64,000 nucleotides of DNA from Longimicrobiales bacterium (GTDB taxonomy: Bacteria > Gemmatimonadota > Gemmatimonadetes > Longimicrobiales > Gaopeijiaceae): NCBI GenBank assembly GCA_041690395.1, contig JAWLHJ010000001.1:512001-576000 (forward strand), in the 5' to 3' direction. Positions within the stretch are counted from its first letter, which is position 1. Each line of letters opens with the position of its first letter. The notes beneath the pieces were generated by a model. That model saw nothing but the letters and a program-made list of their open reading frames with translations, was not told where the DNA came from and did no database searches. Positions 39,809 through 49,437 of the stretch are shown here, piece by piece. The translations under genes and the position numbers were made by a program.

Positions 39809-41038
39809 TCAGCGGGCCGGCGAAGCACCGGCCGGTTGGGCGCACAGGAAGGCCTCGATCTCGTCGGCCCGTCGCTCGGCGTCTTCCTCTCCGATCTCCA
39901 TCAGCGCCCGCAGGAAGTCCGGCTGGAAGAGGATCAGGCTCAGGAAGTCCGGGCTGCGCGTCTGTCGCGTGCCCAGGCCTCGGGTGAGGAAGCGGAACGC
40001 CCGCGGGAGCGTCGCCTCGTAGTCGCCCGCCAGCTTGCCCAGGTCACGGGACGGACGGAGGGTCAGAAGGCTGACGGGCGCGAGCCCTTCGCGGCGCTCG
40101 GGCGGCAGCTGCCGGATGAGCCGGTTGAGCCGCTCGAGCCGTATGGCGTCGTGGTCCAGCAGATCCAGGAAGATCGAGTTGGTCAGCACACCCATCACCT
40201 GCGCCGGCGGCGGATACCCGTGGACGGTGGGCGTCTCCGCTTCCGCGTCCGAGCGGTCGTACCGCGTCGAGATGGCCAGGATTCTGCGGGCGCCCAGGTG
40301 GAGCGCCGGAGAGAGGGGCGCGGTCAGACGTATGCCTCCGTCGCCGTACCACCCGCCGCCGATGCGCACCGCGGGGAAGAAGAGCGGCAGAGCCGCGGAT
40401 CCCATGATGTGCTCGACCCCGATCGTCGTCTTGCGGGAGGTCCGCTGGGGGCGTTCCCATTCCTTGATGTCCGAGCCCTGCACCCAGGTCACGGATTGAC
40501 CCGTCGAGTAGCTCGACGTGCTGATGGCGACGGCCTTCAGGCATCCGTTTTCCAGGTTGTAGCGGATGCCGGTGAGCTCACCGTCCACCGCGTGGAGCAC
40601 TTCCGTCAGGTACTGCCGGAGGGGCTCGGTGTTGACGAGGCCCTTGACCGGATCGTGCGTGCCGGCGCCGCCCGAGACGAGCTGGCGAAGCCAGCGAAGC
40701 CCGTTCACGAAGAGGGTCTTCGAGTCGACCCGGAAGACATCCTCGATGGTGAGGTGCCCCCAGAGATGGCCCAACTCGTCCATCGCCTGGAGGAACGTCC
40801 CGTGGTGCGACGCGAGCAGCGCCGCGTTGATCGCTCCCGCGGACACCCCCGTGACGTACGGGACGCAGAGATCCGGGAAGCGGCGGGCGATCGAGCGTAG
40901 CACGCCGACCTGGTAGGCCGCGCGTGCGCCTCCTCCACCCATCACGATGCCGAGGTCGTCGGGACGTGGGCAGGGCGGTCGGTCGGACGCGGGCTCGAGC
41001 GGCGGCAGCGGAGCCAGTTCTCGGACGGCCGGGGTCAC
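39809..41038 (-). CDS. Patatin-like phospholipase
   Basis: GGGGARAAYQVG, GVSAG nucleophile elbow, DGG motif. Confidence 0.9.
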   Translation of the reverse strand: MTPAVRELAPLPPLEPASDRPPCPRPDDLGIVMGGGGARAAYQVGVLRSIARRFPDLCVPYVTGVSAGAINAALLASHHGTFLQAMDELGHLWGHLTIEDVFRVDSKTLFVNGLRWLRQLVSGGAGTHDPVKGLVNTEPLRQYLTEVLHAVDGELTGIRYNLENGCLKAVAISTSSYSTGQSVTWVQGSDIKEWERPQRTSRKTTIGVEHIMGSAALPLFFPAVRIGGGWYGDGGIRLTAPLSPALHLGARRILAISTRYDRSDAEAETPTVHGYPPPAQVMGVLTNSIFLDLLDHDAIRLERLNRLIRQLPPERREGLAPVSLLTLRPSRDLGKLAGDYEATLPRAFRFLTRGLGTRQTRSPDFLSLILFQPDFLRALMEIGEEDAERRADEIEAFLCAQPAGASPAR

Positions 41039-41421
41039 CCGACGATCGGTCTCCCGATCGCGAGAATCCCCGTCGCGACCATCCCCAGGACGATGACCGT
41101 GCCCACCAGGTGCGGCATGTACGTGCGCTCCTCGACGGGGCGGCGCTTCATCACGGCGGACACGACGTGCGCGACCACGACCGCCAGGATCATGGTCACG
41201 ATGTGTCCGCCGAGCTGCGGATAGAACGTGCCCACGAAGAGAGTGGCGAGTCCGAGGAGCGCCGTCAGGTCGATCGACATGACGAAGAGGAACGACAGCA
41301 TGCGCATCGTCTTGTCGTACGGGCGCTTGGTGAGCACGCCGTACGCCGCGTAGCCGATGACCAGGAGCCCTGCGAGCAGCACCAGGTAGCGGAAGCCGGA
41401 ATGAGCTTGGAACAGGATCAT
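41035..41421 (-). CDS. Small 4-TM hypothetical membrane protein
   Basis: AHSGFRYLVL, conserved-looking His residues in TM helices (possible heme ligands). Confidence 0.75.
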   Translation of the reverse strand: MILFQAHSGFRYLVLLAGLLVIGYAAYGVLTKRPYDKTMRMLSFLFVMSIDLTALLGLATLFVGTFYPQLGGHIVTMILAVVVAHVVSAVMKRRPVEERTYMPHLVGTVIVLGMVATGILAIGRPIVG

Positions 41422-41489
41422 GTGCGCGGGTCCGATGGAGTCGGGCGGAAGGTATGTGGGGTGGCGGGCAAGCGGTTCATGCGGGCCTG

Positions 41490-42317
41490 TTAACCCTCGG
41501 CCGGAGACGTTGTGCCGTCCGGGGCGTCCGGCGGTCTCCCGCCGCCCCGGGCGCGGGAGAGGGCGTCACGCACGAGAGCGCGGACCTCCTCGTCCATGTC
41601 GTCCGCGCTCAGCATCCATTCGAGATACGACGGATCGGAGCTCGCGACCTCGTCGAGCGGGCGCCCCGAGTGCTTGCCGCGTCGGAAGGCACGGCCCTGG
41701 TCCGGTCCGGTGAACCATCGCTCGGCCTCGGTGCGAACCGGAGCGTACTCGTCGCAGTAGGCGTGGAGGCCATCGAGGTCCCGGGGGAGCTCGGCATAAC
41801 GCTCCAGCTGCGCTCCGAGCACCGCGGCGGACGTGCGAATGTCACCGAGCGCGGTGTGGGCTTCCTCGTGCTCCCGCCCCAGATAGAAACGTGCCGCCGC
41901 GGACAGGTCGCGGGGCTCCTCCCGGTGGAAGATGTTCTGGACGTCCACGATCCGCCGCCCTTCGAGCGAGAACGGCACCCCGCATCGCTTGAATTCCGCG
42001 AGCAGCATGGGGACGTCGTAGCGCCTGACGTTGAATCCGCTCAGGTCGCACCCCTCCAGGATACGCGCCAGGCCCCGCGCCCGGCGGCAGAAGGGCTCCT
42101 CGTCGGCGACGTCCGCGTCGGAGATACCGTGCACGGCGGTCGCCTCCGGCGGGATCGGCATCTCGGGGTTGAACCGCCGGACACGTTCGAGCACGTCGCC
42201 GTGCGGCGTCATCTTGATGAGCGCCAGCTCGACGATACGGTCCTTCTTGAGGTCGAGTCCGGTGGTCTCCAGGTCGAAGAAGACCAGCGGACGGTCGAGA
42301 TCGAACGGTAGCTTCAT
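41490..42317 (-). CDS. DEDDh 3'-5' exonuclease (DnaQ-like)
   Basis: FFDLETTGL, VHGI, GFN...D, AHTALGD; ATG 42317. Confidence 0.9.
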   Translation of the reverse strand: MKLPFDLDRPLVFFDLETTGLDLKKDRIVELALIKMTPHGDVLERVRRFNPEMPIPPEATAVHGISDADVADEEPFCRRARGLARILEGCDLSGFNVRRYDVPMLLAEFKRCGVPFSLEGRRIVDVQNIFHREEPRDLSAAARFYLGREHEEAHTALGDIRTSAAVLGAQLERYAELPRDLDGLHAYCDEYAPVRTEAERWFTGPDQGRAFRRGKHSGRPLDEVASSDPSYLEWMLSADDMDEEVRALVRDALSRARGGGRPPDAPDGTTSPAEG

Positions 42318-42383
42318 GGCAATGGTCGAGGAGCATGCAAACACGCAAAGGTAGCGCAGCGGCCGGAGCGTCGCAGCCCGACG

Positions 42384-42412
42384 TGGACACGCGTCGGGAG
42401 GGACGGTAGCGT
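42384..42412 (+). promoter_or_regulatory. Putative sigma70 promoter for leaderless quinone oxidoreductase mRNA
   Basis: TGGACA-17bp-TAGCGT, with ATG 6 nt downstream. Confidence 0.5.
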
Positions 42413-42418
42413 CGTGGC

Positions 42419-43408
42419 ATGACCGACACGATGCGCGCGATCCGCATGCGGGAGCCCGGCGGGCCCGACGTCCTGGAGCTCGTCACCGTGCCTCGTCCCG
42501 AGCCGGCCGCTGGCATGCTCCGGGTCCGGGTGGGGGCGTCGGGGGTGAACCGCGCCGACCTCCTGCAGAGGCTCGGACGGTACCCGGCGCCCGACGGGTA
42601 TCCTCAGGACATCCCGGGGATGGAGTTCGCCGGCGTCGTCGACGCCGTGGGCGAGGGTGTGGACGGGGCGTGGGTCGGGCGCGAGGTCATGGCCATCACG
42701 GGCGGGGGTGCCTACGCGGAGCACGTGACGGTCCACGAAGGCGAGGTCGTGCCCGTTCCGGACGGACTCGACCGGGTGGAGGCGGCGGCGATCCCCGAGG
42801 TGTTCATGACCGCGTTCGACGCGGTCTTCCTCCAGGCCGGCCTCCGGGTCGACGAGTGGCTCCTCGTGCACGCGGTGGGGAGCGGCGTGGGCACGGCCGC
42901 CGTCCAACTCGCTTCGCGGGCCGGAGCGCGCGTGATCGGGACCTCCAGAACGGCCGACAAATTGCGCGCCGCCGAGGAGCTCGGCATGGCGCACGGCGTG
43001 CCGGGGGACGACGCGTGGCCGGACGTGGTCCTGAACGCCACCTCCGGACGGGGCGTGGACGTGGTGCTCGACCTCGTCGGCGGGCCGTATCTAGCCGGGA
43101 ACCAGCGCGTGGTCGCGACGGGAGGGCGGCACGTGGTCGTCGGCATCCCGGGCGGCGCGAAGGCGGAGGTGGACCTCGGCCTCCTCATGCGGAAACGGGC
43201 GACGCTCCGCGGGACCGTGCTGCGCTCCCGCTCGCTCGATGAGAAGGTGGCGCTGGCGCGCGCCTTCGAGCGTGACGTGCTGCCGGGCTTCCAGGACGGG
43301 ACCCTCCGTCCGGTCGTCGACCGGGTCTTTTCCGCGGAGGAGGCCGCCGAGGCGCACCGGCACATGGAAGCCAACCGGAATTTCGGGAAGATCCTGCTCC
43401 GCTGGTGA
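42419..43408 (+). CDS. NAD(P)H-quinone oxidoreductase, PIG3/zeta-crystallin family
   Basis: GVNRADLLQR.G.Y, PGMEFAG, GGGAYAE, AIPEVFMTA, GSGVGTAAVQ, NFGKILL. Confidence 0.92.
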   Translation: MTDTMRAIRMREPGGPDVLELVTVPRPEPAAGMLRVRVGASGVNRADLLQRLGRYPAPDGYPQDIPGMEFAGVVDAVGEGVDGAWVGREVMAITGGGAYAEHVTVHEGEVVPVPDGLDRVEAAAIPEVFMTAFDAVFLQAGLRVDEWLLVHAVGSGVGTAAVQLASRAGARVIGTSRTADKLRAAEELGMAHGVPGDDAWPDVVLNATSGRGVDVVLDLVGGPYLAGNQRVVATGGRHVVVGIPGGAKAEVDLGLLMRKRATLRGTVLRSRSLDEKVALARAFERDVLPGFQDGTLRPVVDRVFSAEEAAEAHRHMEANRNFGKILLRW

Positions 43409-43418
43409 AGTCGGCCGG

Positions 43419-43583
43419 CTAGTGTCCCGAGTCAGAAGTTCGTCGGCATTCGAGCGCCGCGGCATCCGCCGCGGCCGCGTTGCTCCTCCTCGACGTAGCG
43501 GTGCTATGCCTCGTCGTCGCGCCTCGCCGCGACGGCGCCGCAGCGCTCTCGGTGCGCAACGAACTCCTGACTCGGGACACTAG
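43419..43583. mobile_element. MITE-like palindromic element with CTAG ends
   Basis: 25-bp terminal IRs CTAGTGTCCCGAGTCAG(A/G)AGTTCGT (24/25); self-complementary interior; lies between convergent genes. Confidence 0.75.
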
Positions 43584-46483
43584 ATCGCGCCTTCCTCGGA
43601 GGACCCTTCCAGTCCGAGCGCCTCGAGAACCAGGCGGCTCTGCTGCTTCACGTGGTCACGGCTCTTGCCTTCGGCCGGGCTCGCCCGCTCGGGACGCGCC
43701 GTGTAGGACAGCGACACCTTCCGGGGGACGAGTGGGCGGAGACGGGGACCGACGTAGGTCAGCGCGCCCATGTTGCGCGGCTCCTCCTGCACCCACACGA
43801 CCTCTTTCAGATTCGGGTACGATGCGAGGAGCGCCCCGAGCTGCTCGTCCGGGAACGGGTAGAGGAGCTCCATCCGCCCCACCGCGACCGCGTCGGCCTC
43901 GTCCCGACGGTCGTGTCCGGCGATGTCGTAGTAGATCTTGCCCGTGCAGAGGACGAGACGGGTCACCTTGTCGGGATCCGTCACCCTCGGGTCCGGCAGC
44001 ACGTGGCGGAACGTCCCTTCCGTGAGCTCCGAGACCTTCGAAGTCGCCATCGGATGCCGTAGCAGGCTCTTGGGCGTCATGACGATCATCGGGCGCTCCG
44101 GGCGGCGGAGGGCCTGCCTGCGGAGCAGGTGGAAGAACTGCGCCGGTGTCGTCGGATACGTCACCCGCATGTTGTCTTCGGCGCAGAGCTGGAGAAACCG
44201 CTCGAGCCGGGCGCTCGAATGCTCCGGCCCCTGACCCTCGTACCCGTGCGGCAGCAGCAGCGTCAGGCGGGAGTGTTGCCCCCACTTGGTCAGGCCGGAC
44301 GACATGAACTGGTCGATCATGACCTGCGCGACGTTGACGAAGTCGCCGAACTGCGCCTCCCAGAGCACGACGTCGTTCCCGGCTCCGACCGAATAGCCGT
44401 ACTCGAAGCCGACGACCGCCGTCTCCGTCAGCGGGGAGTTGTAGACCTCCAGGCGGGTGTCGGAGACGCCGCGGAGCGGAACGACCTCTTCTCCCGTCTC
44501 CGAATCGTGTAGCACCAGGTGGCGGTGGCTGAACGTGCCGCGCTCCGCGTCCTGGCCGGAGAGACGGACCGGGATCCCGTCGATGAGCAGGGTTCCGAAC
44601 GCGAGCGCCTCGGCGTGACCCCAGTCGATGGCGCGGTCGACCGAAAACTCGTTCGCGCGGCGGGAGAGCTGTCGCCAGAGCTTGTCGTGTGGCTTGAAGC
44701 CGTCCGGCACCGTGAGGCTCGTCTTGTTGATGTGCTCGAGCACTTCGAACGGCACCCCGGTCGACTCCGGACGGACGATGTCGTCGGGCGTCTGGTCGCG
44801 TTCCGGGTCGCGCTCGGTGTCGGCGAGGCTCTCCGCGGCGCCCTCGCCGGATGCGAGCCGCTCGCGGACGTTGTCCTGAGCGGACCGGAGCGTGTTGGAG
44901 ATCTCCTCGACGAGCGACGTCGCGTCGGCCTCGGTGATCGTCCCATCGGCGACCAGCCGCTCGGCGTAGAGGGCCCGGACGGTCGGGTGCTGGGCGATCT
45001 TGCGGTAGAGGACGGGCTGCGTGTAGGCCGGCTCGTCTCCCTCGTTGTGCCCGAAGCGCCGGTAACCGACGAGGTCGATCACGAAGTCGTCCCCGAACTC
45101 CTTGCGGTACGACATCGCCAGGCGCATGGCGGCGAGACAGGCCTCGGGGTCGTCGGCGTTCACGTGCACCACCGGGATCCCGTATCCCTTCGCCAGATCG
45201 CTCGCGTAATGGGTCGAGCGGGCGTCGCTCGGATCGGTAGTGAAGCCGACCTGGTTGTTCACGATGACGTGCACCGTGCCGCCCACGTCGTAGCCCTGGA
45301 GGCGGGCCATATTCAACGCCTCGGCCACGACGCCTTCGGCGGCGAACGCCGCGTCGCCGTGCATGAGCACGGGTACGACCGCGCTGGTGTCGAGAGCGGC
45401 GTCCTTCGAGTTGCTCGTGAACTGGTGCGAGCGGGCGATGCCCTGCACGACCGGGTTCACGAACTCGAGGTGGCTCGGGTTCGGCGCCAGCGACACGTCG
45501 ATCGACTCGTCCTGGCTGAAGACCCTTCGACCGCGTCCACCGTGGTGGTACTTCACGTCGCCGGTGCCGCCCACGTCGAGCTGGCCGCCCTTGTAGGACG
45601 GACCTTCGAACTCGGCGAGGAGCTCGTCGTACGAGACGCCGACCGTGTGCGTCAGGATGTTCAGGCGGCCCCGATGGGCGGCACCGATCACGACTTCCCT
45701 TCCACCGTGCTCGGCGGCCATGTGGATGGCCAGATCGAGCATCGGAATGAGGGTGTCGTTCCCCTCGATGGAGAAGCGCTTCTGGCCCAGGTACGCCTTG
45801 TGGATGAACTGCTCCAGCCCTTCCACCTGGGTCAACCGGTGGAGGAGCTCCTTCTTCTCGTCGTCGGAGAGGGCTGCGGTGTGCGCACCCTCCTCGACCT
45901 GCTTCCACAGCCAGGAGACCTTCACGTGGTCGTCCATGTGCTCGAATTCGTAGCCGATCGAGCCGGCGTAGATCTCGCTGAGATCACGTAGCGCGTCGGC
46001 CACCGACATGTCGTCGTCGGCGTCGTCGAGGATGAGCGAAGCCGGGAGCTCGGCGAGCTCCTCCATCGACGTGCCGAAGAACGCCGGGGAGAGCTGGGGA
46101 TGCCCGGGCGGCTCGGTGCCCAGCGGGTCGATGCGGGCGAGCTGGTGGCCGTGGTCGCGGAACGCCTGCACGAGGGCAGTGGCTCGCGAGATCGCCGGGA
46201 GCGCCTTGCGGAGCATGTCGGCGGCCTCGTCGGAGAGCTCCGCATGCTCGGCGCGGACGACGGCGGCGCGTGGCGCGGGGGCTTCCGCGGTGGGCGCCGC
46301 CGGTTCCGGGTGGCCGTTCAGCTGGTCCGGTCGGAGGAGTCCCTCGGCGATGGCCTGGGCCCCTCCATCGGCGAAGAGGCGACGCCACTCGGTCGGCACG
46401 GCGTCGGGGTTGCGGGCGAACTGCTCGTACATCGCCTGCGCATATGCGGCGTTCAAGCTGTCGAAAAGCGTGTCGTCCATCAT
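43580..46483 (-). CDS. sucA: 2-oxoglutarate dehydrogenase E1
   Basis: KRFSIEG, AHRGRLN, GDVKYH, NPSHLE, HGDAAF, NNQVGFTT, GHNEGDEP, WEAQFGDF, LPHGYEGQGPEHSSAR; start 46483. Confidence 0.95.
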   Translation of the reverse strand: MMDDTLFDSLNAAYAQAMYEQFARNPDAVPTEWRRLFADGGAQAIAEGLLRPDQLNGHPEPAAPTAEAPAPRAAVVRAEHAELSDEAADMLRKALPAISRATALVQAFRDHGHQLARIDPLGTEPPGHPQLSPAFFGTSMEELAELPASLILDDADDDMSVADALRDLSEIYAGSIGYEFEHMDDHVKVSWLWKQVEEGAHTAALSDDEKKELLHRLTQVEGLEQFIHKAYLGQKRFSIEGNDTLIPMLDLAIHMAAEHGGREVVIGAAHRGRLNILTHTVGVSYDELLAEFEGPSYKGGQLDVGGTGDVKYHHGGRGRRVFSQDESIDVSLAPNPSHLEFVNPVVQGIARSHQFTSNSKDAALDTSAVVPVLMHGDAAFAAEGVVAEALNMARLQGYDVGGTVHVIVNNQVGFTTDPSDARSTHYASDLAKGYGIPVVHVNADDPEACLAAMRLAMSYRKEFGDDFVIDLVGYRRFGHNEGDEPAYTQPVLYRKIAQHPTVRALYAERLVADGTITEADATSLVEEISNTLRSAQDNVRERLASGEGAAESLADTERDPERDQTPDDIVRPESTGVPFEVLEHINKTSLTVPDGFKPHDKLWRQLSRRANEFSVDRAIDWGHAEALAFGTLLIDGIPVRLSGQDAERGTFSHRHLVLHDSETGEEVVPLRGVSDTRLEVYNSPLTETAVVGFEYGYSVGAGNDVVLWEAQFGDFVNVAQVMIDQFMSSGLTKWGQHSRLTLLLPHGYEGQGPEHSSARLERFLQLCAEDNMRVTYPTTPAQFFHLLRRQALRRPERPMIVMTPKSLLRHPMATSKVSELTEGTFRHVLPDPRVTDPDKVTRLVLCTGKIYYDIAGHDRRDEADAVAVGRMELLYPFPDEQLGALLASYPNLKEVVWVQEEPRNMGALTYVGPRLRPLVPRKVSLSYTARPERASPAEGKSRDHVKQQSRLVLEALGLEGSSEEGAI

Positions 46484-46646
46484 CCTGTGCGACCGCAGGG
46501 GGTCGTCTGGTGCGACCCCGGAGGGTCGTCTCGAGAAGGCGGGGATGCAGGGTATCCCCGTAAGGTACCGCATTCCGGGCGTGCGTTCGAGTGCGTCCGA
46601 GCGGATCGTTATTACCTTCGGTTTCCGTGAACCCCGAAGGAGACCT

Positions 46647-47453
46647 ATGAGCCGGAGAGACCGCGTGCGTGGGAGTGTTCGCACCGTCCGGGAGATCCCC
46701 GCGACGGGGCTGCCGGCCGTCGTGCATCCGGAGTGGGCGCGGAGCTTCCCCTGGCTCGTGCAGGGCACCACGGTCAGAGGGGGCGACGGGGCGTTCGACC
46801 TGCGGCTCTTCGGTCCGGATGGGGGGAGATTGCCAGTCGGGAACGGGGAACGGGTGGAATCGACGCCCGAGGCCTGGGGCCGGCTACTCGGGTGGAGCGG
46901 CTGCGAGGCGGTGGCCCACGCTCGCCAGGTTCATGAAGACACGGTTCGGAGCCACGGACCTCTCGGAGGCCATGGGCTCCAGCTCGTACCGGACTGCGAC
47001 GGTCACTTCACGGCCGTACCCGGGGTCCTGCTCGCGGTCGCTGTCGCGGACTGCGTTCCGGTGTCGGTCGTCGACCCCGAGCGGCGCGAGGTCGCGCTCC
47101 TGCATGCCGGATGGCGCGGGGTGGCGGCCGGGGTGCTCGAGCGGGGGCTCGCCGTCTTTCGGAGCCGGGGAAGCCCTCCCGACGGGCTGCACCTCCATCT
47201 CGGGCCGTCGATCTGCGGCGCATGCTACGAGGTGGGCGGCGAGGTCTTCGCCGGGCTCGGCCTGCCGGCGCCCGAGCGCCCCGAGCCGATCGACCTGAGG
47301 GCCGTTCTGGCCGATCGAGCGGTCGAAGCCGGGCTCGCGGCGGATCGGGTCACGGTCTCCGAGCACTGCACGCTCTGTGGGGACGGGGGCTTCCACTCCC
47401 ACAGGGGCGGCGACGCGGGGCGTCAGGTCGGCTTCCTCGGTGTCCGCCCGTGA
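46647..47453 (+). CDS. pgeF: YfiH/PgeF (laccase-domain, purine nucleoside phosphorylase) family
   Basis: AAGGAG RBS; RQVH, DG, VADCVPV, HAGWRG, GPSICGACYEVG, CT, SHR. Confidence 0.88.
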   Translation: MSRRDRVRGSVRTVREIPATGLPAVVHPEWARSFPWLVQGTTVRGGDGAFDLRLFGPDGGRLPVGNGERVESTPEAWGRLLGWSGCEAVAHARQVHEDTVRSHGPLGGHGLQLVPDCDGHFTAVPGVLLAVAVADCVPVSVVDPERREVALLHAGWRGVAAGVLERGLAVFRSRGSPPDGLHLHLGPSICGACYEVGGEVFAGLGLPAPERPEPIDLRAVLADRAVEAGLAADRVTVSEHCTLCGDGGFHSHRGGDAGRQVGFLGVRP

Positions 47454-47716
47454 GCGATGCGTCGGATGGGCCCGGCGAGCGGCCTGGCCCGGGTGGGTCG
47501 ACGGGTGGCTCCGGTGGCGCGGCGGGACCGTGGCCGGGCCTCTGCGCCGGCTGCGCCCACCACCGCGTGATCGAGAACCGCCGGGGTTCCCGCTTCCATC
47601 TGTGCGAGAAGTCCAGGGAGGACCCGCGCTTTCCGAAGTATCCGCCGATACCGGTGCTCCGGTGTGCTGGTTACCTGCCACATAACCCCGCCGGCGAGGT
47701 GCCCGGCACCGACTGA
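47450..47716 (+). CDS. Small Cys4 putative metal-binding protein
   Basis: GTGA-coupled to pgeF; GLCAGC...RGSRFHLC..S..DPRFPKYP.IPVLRC.GY. Confidence 0.65.
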   Translation: MSDASDGPGERPGPGGSTGGSGGAAGPWPGLCAGCAHHRVIENRRGSRFHLCEKSREDPRFPKYPPIPVLRCAGYLPHNPAGEVPGTD

Positions 47717-47791
47717 GCCGCCCGTCCGGACGCACCTGTTATCGTTCGATGCAGTTCCAGACTTCGACAACCCAGCGTTCTTGGAGGAAGT

Positions 47792-48250
47792 ATGAGCGAG
47801 CCGGTCTACGTGTCCCGCTCGAAGGTCCGGAAGATCGCGGGCGTCCACCGCCGGGCGACCCTGCACGACGGCACCGAGGTGGAGTTCGGCGTCCACGGTC
47901 CGGTGAAGGCGGCGTACGGCCTCGACGACGAGCCCGATCTGCCGCTGCCGGTCGACTACCTCGTCGCGGCGGCCGCCGGCTGACTACTCGGGACACTCAA
48001 TGGCGCACTGGAGGTGCGCGGGATCCCGATGGCCCCCGATGCGATCGACGCTCGGGCTGAAGGCATCAACGAGCTGGTGGACAAGGTCGTCGTCCTGACG
48101 CGCATCCACGTGCACTACACGCTGCGGCTGCCGGCGGGCGCGCCCCGCGACAAGGTCGATCGGGCGCTGGAGACTCACGTGTCGAAGTGTCCGACCGCGA
48201 AGTCGCTCGAGGGCGCGGTCGAGGTCACCTGGAGCGCGGATCTCATGTAG
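47792..48250 (+). CDS. OsmC-family protein, predicted selenoprotein (UGA 47981-47983 = Sec)
   Basis: GGAGG RBS; ORFs 47792-47983 and 48014-48250 are in one frame; PVDYLVAAAAG-UGA-LLGTL places UGA at the OsmC catalytic Cys; second Cys KCPTAKSL; hairpin downstream of UGA. Confidence 0.82.
47984..48028 (+). promoter_or_regulatory. Putative bacterial SECIS element
   Basis: GCGCAC(48003-08)-TGGAG loop-GTGCGC(48014-19) with lower stem CGGGA(47989-93)/TCCCG(48024-28); loop starts 25 nt after UGA. Confidence 0.7.
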
Positions 48251-49425
48251 CTCTTCGCCAGGGTCCGCATCTCCCTGCTCAACGTCAGATGGAGCTCGCG
48301 GATCTCGTCCATGCTCCACGCGAACGACGCGATCCGGTCCGTCACCTCGAGGAAGGCCCGCACGCGCTCGGTGCGCTCCTCGGACCAGCGCGCCAGCGCC
48401 CCCGCCTCACCGGACACGACGGCGTCGGCCAACAGCTCGGCTTCGCGGAAGGCGTCGGTGATGCCGTGGGCCGTGATGGGGTCGCGGAAGTAACCGGCGT
48501 CTCCGACCAGCGCCCATCCGGGGCCGTGTCCCTCCCGGATGAAGCCCGGGACGCCCGGGAACGCCCGGTGCACCGTGGGCTCGCCCGGCGTGCGCTCCAG
48601 CCGCGCGGCGAGCTCCGGTACGCACTCCGAAAGGAGTCGGCGATGGAGACCCGCGAGACCACCGGCCCGCTCGGCCTCGAACCGCGCCTGGGGCATCGAG
48701 GTGAAGACGCACGCCCGATTCCCGTTGGTCGGGATGGCGCCCACGCTGACGCCGGGCCGGTATGCCCACACGTAGCCCTCGAGGCCGGGGTCGGGCAGAT
48801 AGGCGTACGCGGTCGCGGCGGCGTGCTCGGCTTGGAGCGTCGTTTCGGCCCCGACGAGGCGGGCGACGCGGGAGCGGATCCCGTCGGCGCCGATCACGAG
48901 GTCGGCTCGGACGGAGGCGTGCCGACCGTCCGTCGAGGACAACTCCGCTCCCACCACGGCCCCGGATCGACGGATGAGGCCGGTGACGGACCATCCGAGG
49001 CGGACCTCCGCGCCGTGCGCGCGGGCGCCTTCCTGGAGCGCCGGGTCGAGCACGGTGCGCCTGGGCGCGTACAGCGCGTCGATGCCGTCACGCGGGACGA
49101 TGTCGATGTCGATGCGCTCCTCGGGCACCGCCGTGTCGCCGTACACGAACGAGGTCCTGCGCACGGGTGGCGTGCCGGCGGCCACGATGGGCCGGAGCAG
49201 ATCCCATCTGCCGAGCCGTGACACCGCGTCCCGCATGAGCGCGTGGGTCGAGAGCGTGTCGCTTCCGGGACGTTGCGGGTCCACCACGAGCACCCGGAGC
49301 CCGCTCCGCGCGAGTAGCATCCCGGTGGCGGCGCCGGCGCAGCGGGCCCCCGCGACGACGACGTCGTAGTGGTCCGCGATGTCCGCGTCGTGGCCGGCGG
49401 CCGGCTCCTTGGGCTGCTCCGACAT
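48175..49425 (-). CDS. NAD(P)/FAD-dependent oxidoreductase (geranylgeranyl reductase/monooxygenase-like)
   Basis: VVVAGARCAGAATG, DTLSTH, IGADG..S, WALVGDAGYFRDPITAHGITDA. Confidence 0.88.
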   Translation of the reverse strand: MSEQPKEPAAGHDADIADHYDVVVAGARCAGAATGMLLARSGLRVLVVDPQRPGSDTLSTHALMRDAVSRLGRWDLLRPIVAAGTPPVRRTSFVYGDTAVPEERIDIDIVPRDGIDALYAPRRTVLDPALQEGARAHGAEVRLGWSVTGLIRRSGAVVGAELSSTDGRHASVRADLVIGADGIRSRVARLVGAETTLQAEHAAATAYAYLPDPGLEGYVWAYRPGVSVGAIPTNGNRACVFTSMPQARFEAERAGGLAGLHRRLLSECVPELAARLERTPGEPTVHRAFPGVPGFIREGHGPGWALVGDAGYFRDPITAHGITDAFREAELLADAVVSGEAGALARWSEERTERVRAFLEVTDRIASFAWSMDEIRELHLTLSREMRTLAKSYMRSALQVTSTAPSSDFAVGHFDT

Positions 49426-49437
49426 GTGTCCGCCTCC

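Noticed and set aside
46484..46771. N-terminal extensions of sucA and pgeF giving overlapping divergent genes
   Set aside because: Better starts exist (ATG 46483; AAGGAG-ATG 46647), leaving a normal divergent intergenic region.
47792..48250. Two separate small genes or a pseudogene
   Set aside because: Same frame, UGA at the catalytic Cys column, SECIS-like hairpin and no other lesions.
48175..48250. 76-bp convergent overlap between OsmC and the FAD oxidoreductase as a regulatory feature
   Set aside because: Most simply stop-codon loss with run-on in a GC-rich genome; a similar overlap occurs at 57657-57714.
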